Source: Microbotryum violaceum (Eukaryota). Taken from it: a DNA stretch of 64,000 nt. Positions 11,703-24,882 of the stretch are shown here, piece after piece. Under the pieces are notes generated by a model. That model saw only the letters and a program-made list of their open reading frames with translations, made no database searches and was not told where the DNA came from. Positions within the stretch are counted from its first letter, which is position 1. Each line of letters opens with the position of its first letter. Where the stretch lies: contig CDLV01000012.1 of assembly GCA_001244265.2 (NCBI GenBank), forward strand, positions 682,001 to 746,000. Reading direction: 5' to 3'. Both the position numbers and the translations under genes were made by a program.

Positions 11703-12042
11703 GTGTCACGGAACTGCTTCACACCGCATTTCACCTCCCTCGCCTCATTCCGACTCGAAGGAGAGACGGTCCTTTGACTCTACTCCTGACTTCGACTGCC
11801 TGAGTCTTGTGGGTCCACCAGTTGCGACTCGGTGTCTCTGCTTCTCGCGATCAGACAGGTCTCACCGCCTCAGAAGACGGAGCGCTCGAGTAACGTTCGA
11901 TCGGCGGTGATCAACTGGCACGCCTCATCACCACCGTACACCTCTCGACCCCAGAAGGCAGCGAATACGTCGAGGCGTACAGCCGGTCTTTTCGATTGAA
12001 CAGCAAGGACCCATAGCTATCGCCCTCGTCGACTCGGATCGG

Positions 12043-14863
12043 ATGTCGACAAGTACCTCGTCTCTCGCGGCGACCGCGACCGCGACCGCGGCGGCTTCTA
12101 CGACTAAACCGGCCAGTTACAAGGTAGGCACACGCGAGCAAAGAGTCTAGTGGAAGGGTCATTGTGCAATTTTCGCTCGGAATGGCCGATGGCTGGCCTG
12201 GGAGGAAGTTTCTTGGCGTTACATAGCGCGTCACGACTCTCGAGCATCACCGAGCCGAACGTGGGGGGGGGGGGGGGGATATTGAAGCAACAGTGACAAC
12301 AGCCGACCGGACAGGGGCTGGCGACCGAGACCGAGGCCGAGGCCGCACCTCTTCAGTGCACAGGGAATACTGATAAGGCTACATTGTCCCGGCTCAGATC
12401 ATCGGTATTTGCTTGGCTGTCGGCAGTGGATTGTTCATCGGAACCAGTCAGTATTGCCCACTGCCTCCCCGCCGCATGCTCCAATGTCTGAGGCAGTTTC
12501 TCGACAACTGACCGTTGGTGGTTTTTCGTACCTAGGCTTTGTCGTCAAGAAAAAGGTATGACCGACCACAGGAACTCGGGATGTCGAGGCGCGCCTCGGG
12601 ACTCACGCTTCATTTGCCATGCTCGGACGTGCAGGGTCTTCTGGCTTCGCAACAAAAGTCGGGCAATGTGGCCGGAGAGGGGCACGCCTACCTCAAGAGT
12701 TGGCTATGGTGGACGGGGATGATACTCAGTCAGTGCGAACGGTTCTATCGCAGCCGTGCGGACGCCCTCTGACGGTCCTCCTTCCTCCGCGAGTTGGCAG
12801 TGATTCTCGGCGAAGTGCTCAACTTTGTCGCCTACGCCTTCACCGAAGCCGTGCTCGTAACCCCACTCGGCGCACTTTCCGTCGTCATCTGTGCGATCCT
12901 GTCGTCCATCTTCCTCAAGGAAAAGCTCACCTTCTTTGGCAAGATCGGCTGCGTTTTGGCGATCCTCGGCGCGACCATCGTCGCTCTCAACGGACCCAAG
13001 GATTCCTCGGCGACGACGATTCCGGTCTTTCAAAAACTGTTCCTTGCCCCCGGGTTCTTGGTGTTCGGTAGTCTCGTTATCGTGGGTCCCTACTCAATGT
13101 TTCGCCGCAATCGCCTGAGTAGTTGTTGATACCTGCGCGCCGCCCGTGCACAGCTCGTCTCCTTGGGCCTCATCTTCTTCGTCGCCCCCAAATACGGCAA
13201 GACGCACATGCTCGTCTACATCACTATTTGCTCACTCATCGGCGGTCTTTCTGTCGCGTGCACATCGGGGCTCGGCGCTTCTATCTTGACCTCGATCCGG
13301 GGCGACAACCAGTTCAAGCACTGGTTCATCTACTTCCTCCTTGGCTTTGTCATCATCACGCTCTTGACCGAAATCAACTATCTCAACGTATGCACGAGTA
13401 CTGATCACGCACCTGGCTGCACTGGAACGAAAGCTAATCCAACGCTTTTGCGCTTTGGGTCTTGCAGAAAGCTCTCGAGCTCTACAATACGGCGTCAGTT
13501 CAGACGGCAGTTCGGTTCTGAGTCTGGACCTGCTGATACTGACCTCTCATCCGGTTGCTTCGACAGGATGGTCACGCCTACTTACTACGTCTTCTTTACG
13601 GGTTGCACCTTGATCACGGCCTCGATTCTCAACCAGGGCTTTGAGGCCTCGCCGGTTGATATCGTGACTGTCGTCATGGGATTCCTCGTCATTTGCTGCG
13701 GTGCGTTCAAATTACAAATGCTCTGATCTTACGACCTGTCCCCTGAACATGCTTTGGTGCGCATCCGCAGGTATCATCTTGCTGCAACTGTCCAAGGTTG
13801 ACCCCGTAGAGGTCGCGGAAAAGCTCGATCGCCGATCGACAATCCTCTTCACCGGTGGTCGGAGTCGCGCCAACACGATGCAAGAAAAGGTGCTTGAAAT
13901 GGAGGAGCCGGGGATGGATGCCTTGCGAGGCTCATTCGGAGCGTTCGGTTCGATCCACCGCGCCGTGAGTGCGAGGAGGTCGATGCGACGCGAGCCGGGC
14001 TTTGATCCGAACGAAGTGAGGCGACGACACGGCGCGCCGGGGGCGATGGGAAGCGGTCCACAACAGTCGGTGCCGATGCGGTCTTACCAATTGTACGATG
14101 CACCCATGCCTTCGGACGCGTTGGACAAGATCTCACTGCACAGTGGCGGTCAGCCTTCGCCGAGCGCGCCCTTTGCTCAGACGGAGCGCGATCGTTCCCC
14201 TTCCATCACGTTCTCGCCGGCCGACAACGTGCACCGATGTGAGTTGCCTCGAGGATGACCTCCTGTAGAAAGGCACAGTGCTGATCCTTGATGAGACCTG
14301 AACTCGCAGACGCTCGCGACCCTCGATCGAAGCAAGGCGCGTCTCACGACGAAGTGACCCTGCAACCGCATGCACACGAGCACCACGGCCGCGTGGACGC
14401 TCCCTCTTCAGCCGACATTGGCACTTCGTCTTTCCTTGGTGCCAGTACTCCGCGCACATCCTCCCCTTCTTCGATTGATCGAATCCGACATGGTTCCTAT
14501 CCTCTCCCGAGTTCTGCCAGCGTCAGCCCGTACCCACCCCGCCTCGAACCCCCACAACTCGACGCGTTGGAACAGCTCATCTCCCCCGCTTCAAAGAATC
14601 GTTTCGGAGTCTCGATGCCCTTCGGTCACCACGACTCGTCTTCCTCTAAGGCTCACGAGAACAATCCGAATCGCTCGAGGGCCGAGACTTTGACGTCGCA
14701 CCGCTCGTTCGAAGCACCCCATGGACCTAAAGATCTCGACCAGGCCGAGTCCAAGAGCTTGGTCAACCATGCTCGAACGGACTCGAAAGCCGATAGCGAA
14801 AGTGATTGCGAAGACGGGTTCGGCTCGAGCATCGAACGTATCGATACGCGGGATCAATTGTAG
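12043..14863 (+). CDS. NIPA-family magnesium transporter (multi-exon)
   Basis: MSTSTSSLAA...SYK|IIGICLAVGSGLFIGTS, GHAYLKSWLWWTGM, GEVLNFVAYAFTEAVLVTPLGALSV, APKYGKTHMLVYITICSLIGGLSV, VTPTYYV. Confidence 0.92.
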
Positions 14864-15038
14864 GAGACGGTCTGGCTATGCTATTTGCACTCCAAAGCAG
14901 GCGGAGACGACCATATTCCGGGTTTCCTTTTTAGATGTACTGTAGCGACTAGGGCTGTTAGAGCAAGTTGTATTTCGTGTCGCCATTATGTAAGAATGAC
15001 GAAATTGGACTTTTACTTTTCAAGTCGAGGTTTTATGA

Positions 15039-17278
15039 TCAAGGCTCGACGCTCTTTTCATACCCGTAACCCCGAGCGATCCCTCCCTCCCGACCCTGTT
15101 CAATCACGGCTGGCGCGTCCATCCCGTAGCGAGGTTCGAGACCTCGGTAGGTACGGTTGGACAAAAAATCACCTGTAGGAGGAGATTGATTCAGCTTTCA
15201 GTCGGGTTGAAAGATCTCATCCATTCCCACGTACCAGCTGCACTACCGAGGACCTGGGCGACGGCGGATGAGGTGTTGCGGATCGACAAGGCGGAAGCCT
15301 GAGCGGTCAAGTCGTCGGCGTCTGTATGTGCAATAAGATCATGTTTGATTAACACCGATCGATACGACCGCTAACAGAAAGAGCGTGAAGGACCCACTTG
15401 TAACCCCCTTGGTGGCGTATCGTTTAGGATGGCGATACTTGCCCGTGGTGCTCGAAAACACCGGCCCTTCCTCATCCTCCTCATCCTTGGTCGGATCGAC
15501 AAAATCCTGCCCAAAGTCGGAAGCGGCCAACAACGTCTCGAAATCAAGCACGTACTTGCCCGTCCAAGGCTTGGACGTCAGCGCCAACTCCAATTCAAAT
15601 GGCGTCACGATCGGTCGTAAAAACTCTTTCGAATCGATCAAGGTGTTTTCGGGACAGGCGACGAGGACGAAGCATTCCACTTCCATGAAATTGGCCAGTT
15701 TAGCGGGATTCAGTTTGCCGACGGCGACGGTATAGGATTTCTTTTGGTGCGACGCGATCAATTCACGCAGGTATTTGATCAGAGGGAGGTACGAAGCTGC
15801 GTTAAGGGGAAGCAAGTTTGAGCTACGTCACTCGTCGTATCTGATCGGAAACTCGAAGGCTATCACTTACCAACTCCGAGGGTACCGATGAGTATGCCAA
15901 TCACGTCGGCGTCCTTGGCCTTTTCGACTGTTGCGTACCGCCTCATCAACATCCGATTTGTCTTGCTGGACTCGAGCCGCGCTTCCCTTGTCCGCGGATC
16001 ATAGGACCATACCTATAGGACATCACCCCACGTCAGCAACGAGGCTTCTTCAAACCGCGGAACTCTCGGACATACTGGACATTTCCCATGAGTCATCAAG
16101 ATATTGTTGAGCGCCAAGCTCTCCCCTCCAATATAAAAGATTGCGCAATCGTCGATCGTCGTCCCCTCGGGCAACTCGTACGCGATCCGCGGCGGTGTCG
16201 GTCGCGTGGGCATCGTTTCGGATGGTACGAGTCCTTCTGGTGTCGGTGCTGGGGCGATATTGGAGACTCCATCGGGTGGAGTCGTGTCGTCGCCGTCGTT
16301 CTCGACCGGTTCCTCTTGCGGAGTCGCCAGAGTCGGTGCCGAGGCAGAGGCCGCCTCGTTATCCGAGTGTACAGGTGATTTTCCCTTTTTATTGATCTTG
16401 TTGGTGCGCCTATCTATCCGGGCCATCGATAGTGGCAAGTTTACCCGAGGCTCGAGTTGGTCAAAGATGAGATCTTTAAGTCGGAAAAAAATGGTCAGCC
16501 CCACATAACTCTGCGCATGATCGCCAGGGCACCAAGCAGTCTCTGGTTACGCACGAGCCTTGTAGGCATAGGCCACGTCGTACATGAGCACGATGGCTTT
16601 GCGATCCTGGTCGAGTGATTCCTTGGAGGTCGAGGCGAGGGAGTTGGCAGCGTGGGAAGGATCGACCGGACGTTTGGTGAGGACGTAGATGACGGGCAGT
16701 CGGAGCGTTCTGGAGGTGCTCATGAGGTGTCAGTAGGTCTGAAACAATCCGGATCGCTCTTGGGGTCTACCCAACTCACGGACAGAGACATGTATGTCCG
16801 TAATGCACGATCAAGTCGGCGTCGACGTGCTGCGCGGCGACCTCATCGACGCAGCAGCTGGCAAGTCGGACGTTAATTGATCAGTCTAGATCCTTCCAGA
16901 ACGGTACAAACTGCACGCGTGTACTTGCCTGCCATAGGTGGTGTCGGCCAAGACGTAGAGCTCGATGTGGGCGTCAAGGCGAGCGCGGAGGAGGTGGTAG
17001 ATCTGCACCGAATCGTGCAGCAGCTCGTCCGGAAATTGCAGAGCGATCTGTGGGTGGAAAATGCACTTAGCTTGCACTACAGATGCGGAGTGCGATGAGC
17101 TGCTCACCCTCTGGTAGCCGCCGTCGACGATCTGGTGCACGGTGTTCTCGACCTCGTAGGCGTCTGACGGCGACTCGAACTCGGAAGCGAACTGCTCCGG
17201 TTCGACGTCGATCGTGTGGGTGATGGCATCCTCGCCCGAGTTGGCGACCGGTGGAGGGGCGCTTTGGTGCTCCGACAT
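15039..17278 (-). CDS. DPH2: Diphthamide biosynthesis protein 2
   Basis: [70 protein letters not shown]-terminal RTYRGLE...EQGR.GIARGY. Confidence 0.93.
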
Positions 17279-17891
17279 GGCCGGCTCTGTAGGCGAGCTT
17301 GGCGAGGTCGGCGGGCTCGGGTGTGGGGTGGCGGAGAGCGAGTGAGCGCCGTCTGCGAACTTCTGCGAAGGGTGCACGCCGAGCCGAACCAAATGGGTCC
17401 GAGCGCAAGCAAATCATCCCCAGCAATCACCAAAAAATCAGGAACCGGTAAAGCTTTGGAGCTTTGGAGCTTTAGAGCCAATCTCACAAAACAGAAGCGG
17501 TCAAATCTTACAAAGAACAACTCGTGCAAGGTACAGAACGATGCAGCGCAAGTCGAGGTTGCCTTTTGTGGACCGCGATTAGTCACGTCGTCATTGGTCC
17601 GCTGAGCTCTGAGGCTGTTATCTCCGAAGCCTTACGCGGTCCACTCGCTCTTCCTCATCGCACACTGAAAGCTCTCATTTCAGCTCCACCATTCTCGCCC
17701 CACTTTCTCGCATTTCACGTCGTACCCTGACCTGTGAGTTGATCGTCCGCCCTCGTGTGGGCCCGGCCTACTCGGTCGACGTGACGGCGCCGGAGGCCAT
17801 GTGCCCCTCCCGTGTCCGAGGACGATCTCAGCTGACCTCGAATCCCTCTTGTGGCGTCTCACCATATTCGCCGTTACATACCCACGCAGCC

Positions 17892-18831
17892 ATGGCCGCC
17901 ACAACGCCCCTCACTCTAGCTCAAGTTATCACCCCCTCTCGTGAAGCATGCAACGCGCTCAAAGTCAACAGCAACTCGTCGCGCAGTACCCGCATGAGCA
18001 AATCATCGCGCAGCCGCACCAACGACGACGACAACTCCTCTTGTTCGGACTTTGTTTCCCCTCCTCCGCGGAACTCGACTGAACAAAGGGAATGGGACCG
18101 CATGTCGACACGTATGAACATGTTCCACACCCACTTCCGACAGACCTTTGCGAACGTTTGGCGAATGAGCGAAAAGGTTTCTCCCGACGAGCTGCAAGAC
18201 TTTCTTGATTACGCCGAAGAATTCGTGAGATCACTCCTTACTCTTGGCGCTCCAGCCGGTTCGACTACGATATTCATTTCGATTTTACTCGCGCAGGTTC
18301 ACCATCTCGAAGGACATCATGGTATTGAAGAACGTTACATTTTTCCCGTGCTCGCCAAGAAGATGCCCGAGTTCCGAGTCGGTCCCCTCTCTGATCGAGG
18401 GATGGTGCGATAATCCATGCTCACCTCTCGCATGCTTTCAATTTGTTACAGGAAGAACACCTCGAGGAGCACGAGCAGATTCACGCCGGCATGGACCGTT
18501 ACCAGGACTACATCCGCGCAGCCAGAGCTACACCCACGGCATTTAGTCCCGAAAAATTGCGCGAGGTCAGTCCCGCAGAACTTTGAAACTCAAGACAATA
18601 CACATATTGAATTATATTTCATCACTGTCACAGATCATGGGCTTGATGGGGCCGATCCTGTTTTACCACCTCGATGCCGAGGTCGAAACTTTGAAGGCCG
18701 ACAACCTGAAACGATGTGAGCTGCCCCCTCTATCACTACGCTGCCACAACGACGTAATCCTAATCTCGTACCGGACGCGGCCTCGGTTCATAGATTATAC
18801 GCTCGACGAAGTACGACGTCTACCCATGTGA
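17892..18831 (+). CDS. Hemerythrin/HHE cation-binding domain protein
   Basis: MNMFHTHFR, HLEGHHGIEERYIFPVLAKKMPEF, EHLEEHEQIHAG, FYHLDAEVETL, YTLDEVRRLPM after splicing. Confidence 0.85.
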
Positions 18832-18967
18832 GCTCGACAGCAAAAGGTGTGATTTGCCTTGCGTAGAAGCAGCCACACGGTATCGCAGATAGCAAAATCA
18901 ATTTCTTGTTACAGCATAGCATGTAGATATTTCCACAACACATAAATAATACCTAATTCTTAGTGAG

Positions 18968-20661
18968 CTACACCTTCACGTCCGTTCCATCGCCCCCTCC
19001 TTCCTCCTCTGGCACCTTGCCCGGAATGACCCCGACGTGATCGTACGCCGTCGACGAGACCTCGATGCCGACCGAGTGCGCATCGTACGCCAAATTCTCC
19101 TGCGACAAGACAGCTCTCAGCTGACCATGCTCGTCCTGAACGTAGACCGGTTGCGGAGCCGCGAGGTAGTAGTTGCCGTCCTCCGCGAGATAGTACTGCT
19201 GGCCCCCGTCGGCGACGGGGAGGAACGCCTCTGCCTCTTCGAGAGGGGACCTCATGAGGTGCTGTTGCTTGCGAGGTCGAGGTGGTCGACTGGACGAGGA
19301 AGTGGTGGACGTCGTGGAATTAGATGGGTTCGAGCGATGTCGGGATCGTTTTGGTTCGGATGGGTGGAGGTTGATTGGCGCGGCGAGGTAGGTCGAAGCT
19401 AGGCGCGGGCTCGCGGCGGGGTGGGAATGCGAGCGTGACGAATTAGATCCGTTCGAAGACGCTGGTGCACGCCCCTCGTAGTAGTAAACACCACTATTTC
19501 CCTCGGTAGCAGCAGCAGCAGCTTCGGCTCGGGCAGCCCGTCGTTGTCGCCGAACTTCTTTACGGGCTTGACGTTCTGCTTCGTCGTGGTCGTCCCGGTA
19601 CGAATCATCGCCGTGTTCTCCGACGACACTTAAGGCGCTCGCGCCCCGGATTCGGTGACCACTCGAAGGCTGAGCAGGGTGGTCGGGGAGATACGAGTCA
19701 GCCGAGGACGAATGGGAGCTCGGCTGGTAATGCCTCTGCCTTCCCGATCGTGGGCTCCGCTCTTCTGTGGGCTCAAGGTCGACCCGGACGGCAGGGGAGA
19801 GCAGCTCGTTCGGGTCGGCGACGACGCCCTGGTCAAAGTCCTGTACGCTCAGTCCAAGTTCACGAGCGCGTCGTCGTGCCCTCCGTCGTTCGCGTCGAGC
19901 GTCGCGTTCTTCGGGTGTCTCATTGTTGTACCTCCCGCGTTCGTCGCTGAGGTTCGTTGCTGTCGATTTGGTCGGCGGTAAGGGTGCATCGATCGGCGGG
20001 TCGACGATTTCTTCCCTAATCTCAAACGCATCCCCATCCCCTTCCCCTTCCATCAACGTTGTGTTGCCTTCCTCCCTCGTGCGTGAGGGGGCGAGCAACC
20101 CTCCCATCGCTTCAAACCTTCCGCTCTCGTCTTCATCCTCGTCGTCGGGCAGTCGTATCCGGCCTGGACCGGACCCCCTCCACCAGCTCTTCAACAGTGT
20201 CCACCGCGACAGGCCCGAGCCCCACGATATCCCCGACCCAGAAATATCACCCCTACAACGCGTCTTGTGCGAGGTGTTCTCGAATTCGAACTCGATCCCG
20301 GATCATCGTCCGTATCGCCAGCGTCATGATTGCGCCGGCGGGTATTGAACTCGTTCCGATCGTGCAACGACAAGAGGTCGGCCTCGCGTCTTGAATCCCT
20401 CTCTTCCTCGTCCTCCCAATCTCGTACGAGAAAGTCGTTCCTCGACATTCGACCCCGTTCAAAAGGTTCGACAGCGCGACCCGTCGGCGGGACGCGTGAA
20501 CGAGGCGTCGACTGAGATGAAGTGGGGGTCTCGTACCATCGTCGATCGCTCTCTAAGGCGCCTTGGTTACGGAGCCCTCGTTCCGAATTGACCAACTGAC
20601 ACGTGGGGAAACAACACGTCATGGCTCGGAGACCATCGCAGACCGAGAAGCTCGCGTCCAT
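18968..20661 (-). CDS. Hypothetical low-complexity protein (frame change near 20200-20270 unresolved)
   Basis: 408-codon ORF 18968-20194 plus upstream ORF with ATG at 20661 and GTCAGT donor; no recognisable domain. Confidence 0.55.
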
Positions 20662-22018
20662 GGGAACAGCTAGCAATACGAAACGTTCCCTCGGGGAATC
20701 GTTCAACGAGAGTTGGAAGGCGTTAGCGACAGCGCGTTGGGTGGTGTCTACTCGTCGGAGTACGACGGGTCAGCAAAGATAAAAGACACGTTAATGAAGC
20801 CTTCGCGAGTTTGAACTGACCACACGTCAATTGACCCCTTGTGAATCTGGGTTTCAACCGTTGGATGGGTGTGGCACGAGGCCAAGCAACTGCCCGACTC
20901 CGTCGTCAGCGCGTGATAAGCCGTTTCCATGAATTCGGCACGGGGCATCGGCTAAAGCTCCGATATCCGGTGCCGGTAAATTCCACTGTACGAAAAAGAT
21001 CAGGCGAACTGAAGTTGCACGAGACCGATGCTTTATGAATAATTTCCACTGGTCTGAACTCGGGGGATCCCACAGATTGGATACTCTCTGCGAGCATTAG
21101 TAGGTCCGAATCCCGCTGTCGCGTCGTCTAAAGAACACAAGCCGCCCCCTTGCGTTCGCTCGGTTCGCGAAAATTGTCCCAGACAGTTTATGCGAGATTT
21201 GGAGTGCAAGATCCAATGAAAACTTACGTAGTTTCGAGTCGGGGCGTGATCCAACAATCAAACAAGACCGATCTAAACTGTAGCCTACCCTAAGACCACA
21301 GCCCCACGAGGTGTGGCACCGAGGTTTCGGTCAAAATTGGCAGCTCGTTCCCTGCAAAGACGAGGGGGAAGGAAAAGGTCGACCGTGTCCAAAATGGCGC
21401 GGCTGGTCGAAACGACGCCCCCGAGCCCGCGTACGGGTCCGCTCATTCTCCCTTCGTCGAACCACGCCTATCAAAACGTAGTGTAAGCCCTCACCACCCC
21501 GTTATCGAGGACTTGGGTTCATTCCAAAAGACAACGATTACGACACGACCTCTACGACTCTACCGGCTTCGACGGGACGGCGGGCGGGAAGGATGCCGTA
21601 GGCCCATCGCTGGGCTGAGAGCTGGAGCTGGGCCATGGTGGGCCAGAGTGCGGGCCACTCCGCAGACTTTTTGTTGGCGCGTGACGAGGGCCCGCGACAC
21701 GCCCTTGCGACGGTCGAAGTGGGAGGGAAGCTATCGACCTGGATCGAATGGTCGGAATCGGAGGTGGATTCGAGGTCCCTGAGAGGGGTTGGGACGGGGA
21801 CGGGCCACGGGCCACGGCTTGCGAGGCTGTTGCTGCGGCGGGTTCGTCGTCGCAGCCACGGCCGGGAAGGGGGATCCGCGACTTGGCTAGCGTCGCGAAG
21901 GAATGCACGCTGGGCCGAGCACGGCCACGAGTCGACACGCACACACATGACCACGCTTCAGCACACGCTTCACCAATCGTCTTGCTGATCATGGTCAATT
22001 CTGAATCCCTACAGTGAG

Positions 22019-22343
22019 ATGCCTTCCAACAAGTCGTTCCGAACCAAGGTCGTGTTGGCGAAAGCCGGCAAAGTGAACCGGTGCGTCCTTGCATGCGTTT
22101 ACATCTTATGTACTGCAACGACTCGATGGCTGACCAGGTCCACCGATTCTTGCTCTCAATTAGACCCATCCCCCAATGGTTCCGTCTCAAGGCTGACACC
22201 AAGCTGCAGTACAACGGTCCGTGAAACCGCGTCCCCTGCCTGTGGTGCGACCCCACCCGCACCCGTGACTGACAGTTGGGCTCCCCTCTTCCTGTCCCAC
22301 AGCCAAGCGCCGCCACTGGCGCAGGACAAAGCTCAACCTCTAA
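22019..22343 (+). CDS. RPL39: 60S ribosomal protein L39 (eL39)
   Basis: Spliced MPSNKSFRTKVVLAKAGKVNR|PIPQWFRLKADTKLQYN|AKRRHWRRTKLNL*; introns 22081-22163 and 22217-22302. Confidence 0.97.
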
Positions 22344-22739
22344 ACGGATCGCTTCTTTCTTTTTCACTCCTGCGATCGGACGAGCAACCCTCAAGAAGCA
22401 AACTTCCCGAATAGCGATTCTATGGATCGTCGAATGATGGTGTGTGCACGGGTGGTCGATTGGAAGACGTGGTAATGGAAGACGGGACGGTTTGGGATAG
22501 AGGGATGAGGAAGCTTTTCTTGTACCGAGACGAAGTACTGCAAAACGAAAACTAGCACCATCGTTCCAGCTATGCCACTGTCGTCCGGATCGGTGTGAGA
22601 ACGGAGGTCTCTCGGCAAGGAATTCAAAGTGAAGAGAGGCTGGGTGTTATACTATGAATGACAACTGTCTGCTGCTGCGAGCTGCATAGGTGGGGGCAAG
22701 TACTACTTTTACATACGGCGGAGCACGTGATGATCGATC

Positions 22740-23356
22740 CTACTCTCCTTTGGCCTGCTGTTCCCTCTTTTCAATCTGCTTGGCCTTTTGTCGTTCCATC
22801 GTCGGTTCAACACCGGCTTCGAACGCCTCGGGGTACTCGAGTCCGACCATTCGCGCTGACTTGCGTGCCTTTTCGTCCTCGGTCATACCCGAAGATGGGT
22901 TGTACCGTTCGACGAGGGCCTGGAGGGGGTCACGGAGCGTAGAAGCAGACGCAGCGTCAGCATCAGCGTACCATTTAAAAGGATAGTGCACCTCCCGGAA
23001 GAACCTAAAATTTCCCTCCGTGTACATACCTTGTGTGACCGATGAGCCTGGAGAAAGATGACCATGTCCTCGACCTGTCGCTCAAACGCCTTGGCCTCTT
23101 TCGAACCCCGGCTCAGCGACTTGGCTTCGTCAAAGATGAGACGCAGGTGTTGTGGGATTGACGCTGATCGTTCGACGCGCGGGTGAATAGACTGAAAAGC
23201 CGGTTGTAACATGACGCAGTAGTGGTGATACATGCCGATGGGAGTTCAATAGGGTCAGCTTGAGCGGTTGAGAGAGCTGAGCCTAGGCCGAGAGGAACTG
23301 ACGTTGGCTACGAATTGGCGTAGTGTGGCGCGGTACATTCGCGGTAAAGTCGCCAT
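22740..23356 (-). CDS. FMC1: Mitochondrial F1-ATPase assembly factor FMC1-like (LYR family)
   Basis: N-terminal MYRATLRQF (LYR-like), FLQAHRSHK|ALVERYNPSSGMTEDEKARKSARMVGLEYP. Confidence 0.8.
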
Positions 23357-23558
23357 CGTGACTGAGCTCGATCGTGGTGGTTAAGTAAGGGGTAGTTGCG
23401 GGACAAGAGACGAGGGAAGCGGAGGGAGACGCTCTCGGGAAATGGTGAAAGTTGGTGATCGGCGGCGCTTGCGAACTTGGACTTGTCCCAAGCGCATGCT
23501 CCACTCTTGTCCTCTTTCATCTTTCTCACGCGACTCGAACCTACCTGAGCTCTCCTAA

Positions 23559-24757
23559 ATGACGACACTCCTGCCCTGGCTGAGTCGAACACTCCTCTCG
23601 GGTCCGACTCGTCGCACGCTGAGCACAAGCTCGCGAGTGTGGAACGCAACCCCGGAATGGGAACAGCTCGTCGGCGGCAGGCAAGGCATCGAGCGACAGC
23701 GCCAAAGCTTCCAGGCCAAGTACCGCGAAGCGCTCGAGAAGAAGGCCCAGCAGGAAGGTATCACCGTGGAGGAACTGAAAAGGCAGAAAGCAGCGTCGCT
23801 CTCCGCCGATCAGGAGAAGGCAAAATTGACAAAGTTGGCCGCTGCCGAGGCATCGACATCCGCGTCGACATCCGCATCGACATCGGCATCCACAACATCA
23901 ACAACACCGAGTACGCAATCACCGAAGGTGAAACCTGCACCGGTCAAGTCGTCGTCCGAGAGCCCGGTCAAGGTGGGTCAGCAGACCCTTCCCTCCGCTC
24001 CTTCTCAACATTTGACGTCACTGACACCATCGTTCCCCCCCATCACACCCACAGCCCTTGGGCGACATCATGGACCTGTCCAAAGCCGCAGCCTTGAATT
24101 CGACCGCTGTCTCGCAACTATGGACGACGTACCATCAGACGAAAGGTTATCTCTCCGCCGCCGTACCCGTCGAGACGTATGAGCGCATGATCAAGCTCGC
24201 CAAGCGGTACCCGTTGTTCGTCCTGCCGCTCGCCCGGGACGTCAGCGTCGGCGAGTCCGAGGCCGACAAGGCGACCGCGACCGAGATGCACTTGATGGTC
24301 AGTTCATTTGCCTCGGATAATGAAACCCACAGCTGACCCTGAGTCCGGACCCCCCTGCGATGCACAGGAATGGGCCCTGCTCCCTCCACCGACGACGGCG
24401 CACACCCCCGTCCCTTCGCCTTCGACCGTACTCTTCACCCCGCTCGCCGAATACAAGGCTCGGCAGGCGTACGCGCAACCGTACCTTATCCTGACACACT
24501 ACACCGATCTCGCTGAATCGCACAAGGTCGTGCTCATGCGCGGCGAGATCACGACCAACGTAGCGCTCGACGCGACGGCGGCGCAGCTCCTGACCGTGCG
24601 CATGCAACTTTTTTACAACAACTCGCTGCACGGCGACGGCCCCAAGGATACAGACCTCGATCGCAAGCGGCTCCAGGTGCTCAAGACGTTCCACGAGACG
24701 CCGAACGAGTTTGATGTCGAGGCCTTGATTCGACTCGCCGAGATCGCAAAGCTGTGA
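23559..24757 (+). CDS. ATP11: Mitochondrial F1-ATPase chaperone ATP11
   Basis: Presequence, KYREALEKKAQQEG, VKPLGDIMDLSK, LWTTYH, AKRYPLFVLPLAR, VLFTPLAEYK, LTHYTDLAESHKVVLMRGEI. Confidence 0.93.
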
Positions 24758-24882
24758 TGCAATGTCAGAGGTTCTCTCCCTTGGCGAGACAATCTATGTG
24801 AAGATGTACCAGTCCAAGAATATCCGGCTCAAAGAGGACTGACAGCTTCCGATCCATGTTACGGTGCCGACCCCCCCACTTG

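Noticed and set aside
15129-15147. Perfect tRNA T-arm-like CGAGG-TTCGAGA-CCTCG
   Set aside because: Lies antisense within the last DPH2 exon; no matching acceptor, D or anticodon stems
15039-18831. DPH2 and hemerythrin as an iron-related gene pair
   Set aside because: Only adjacency; no sequence evidence of a functional link
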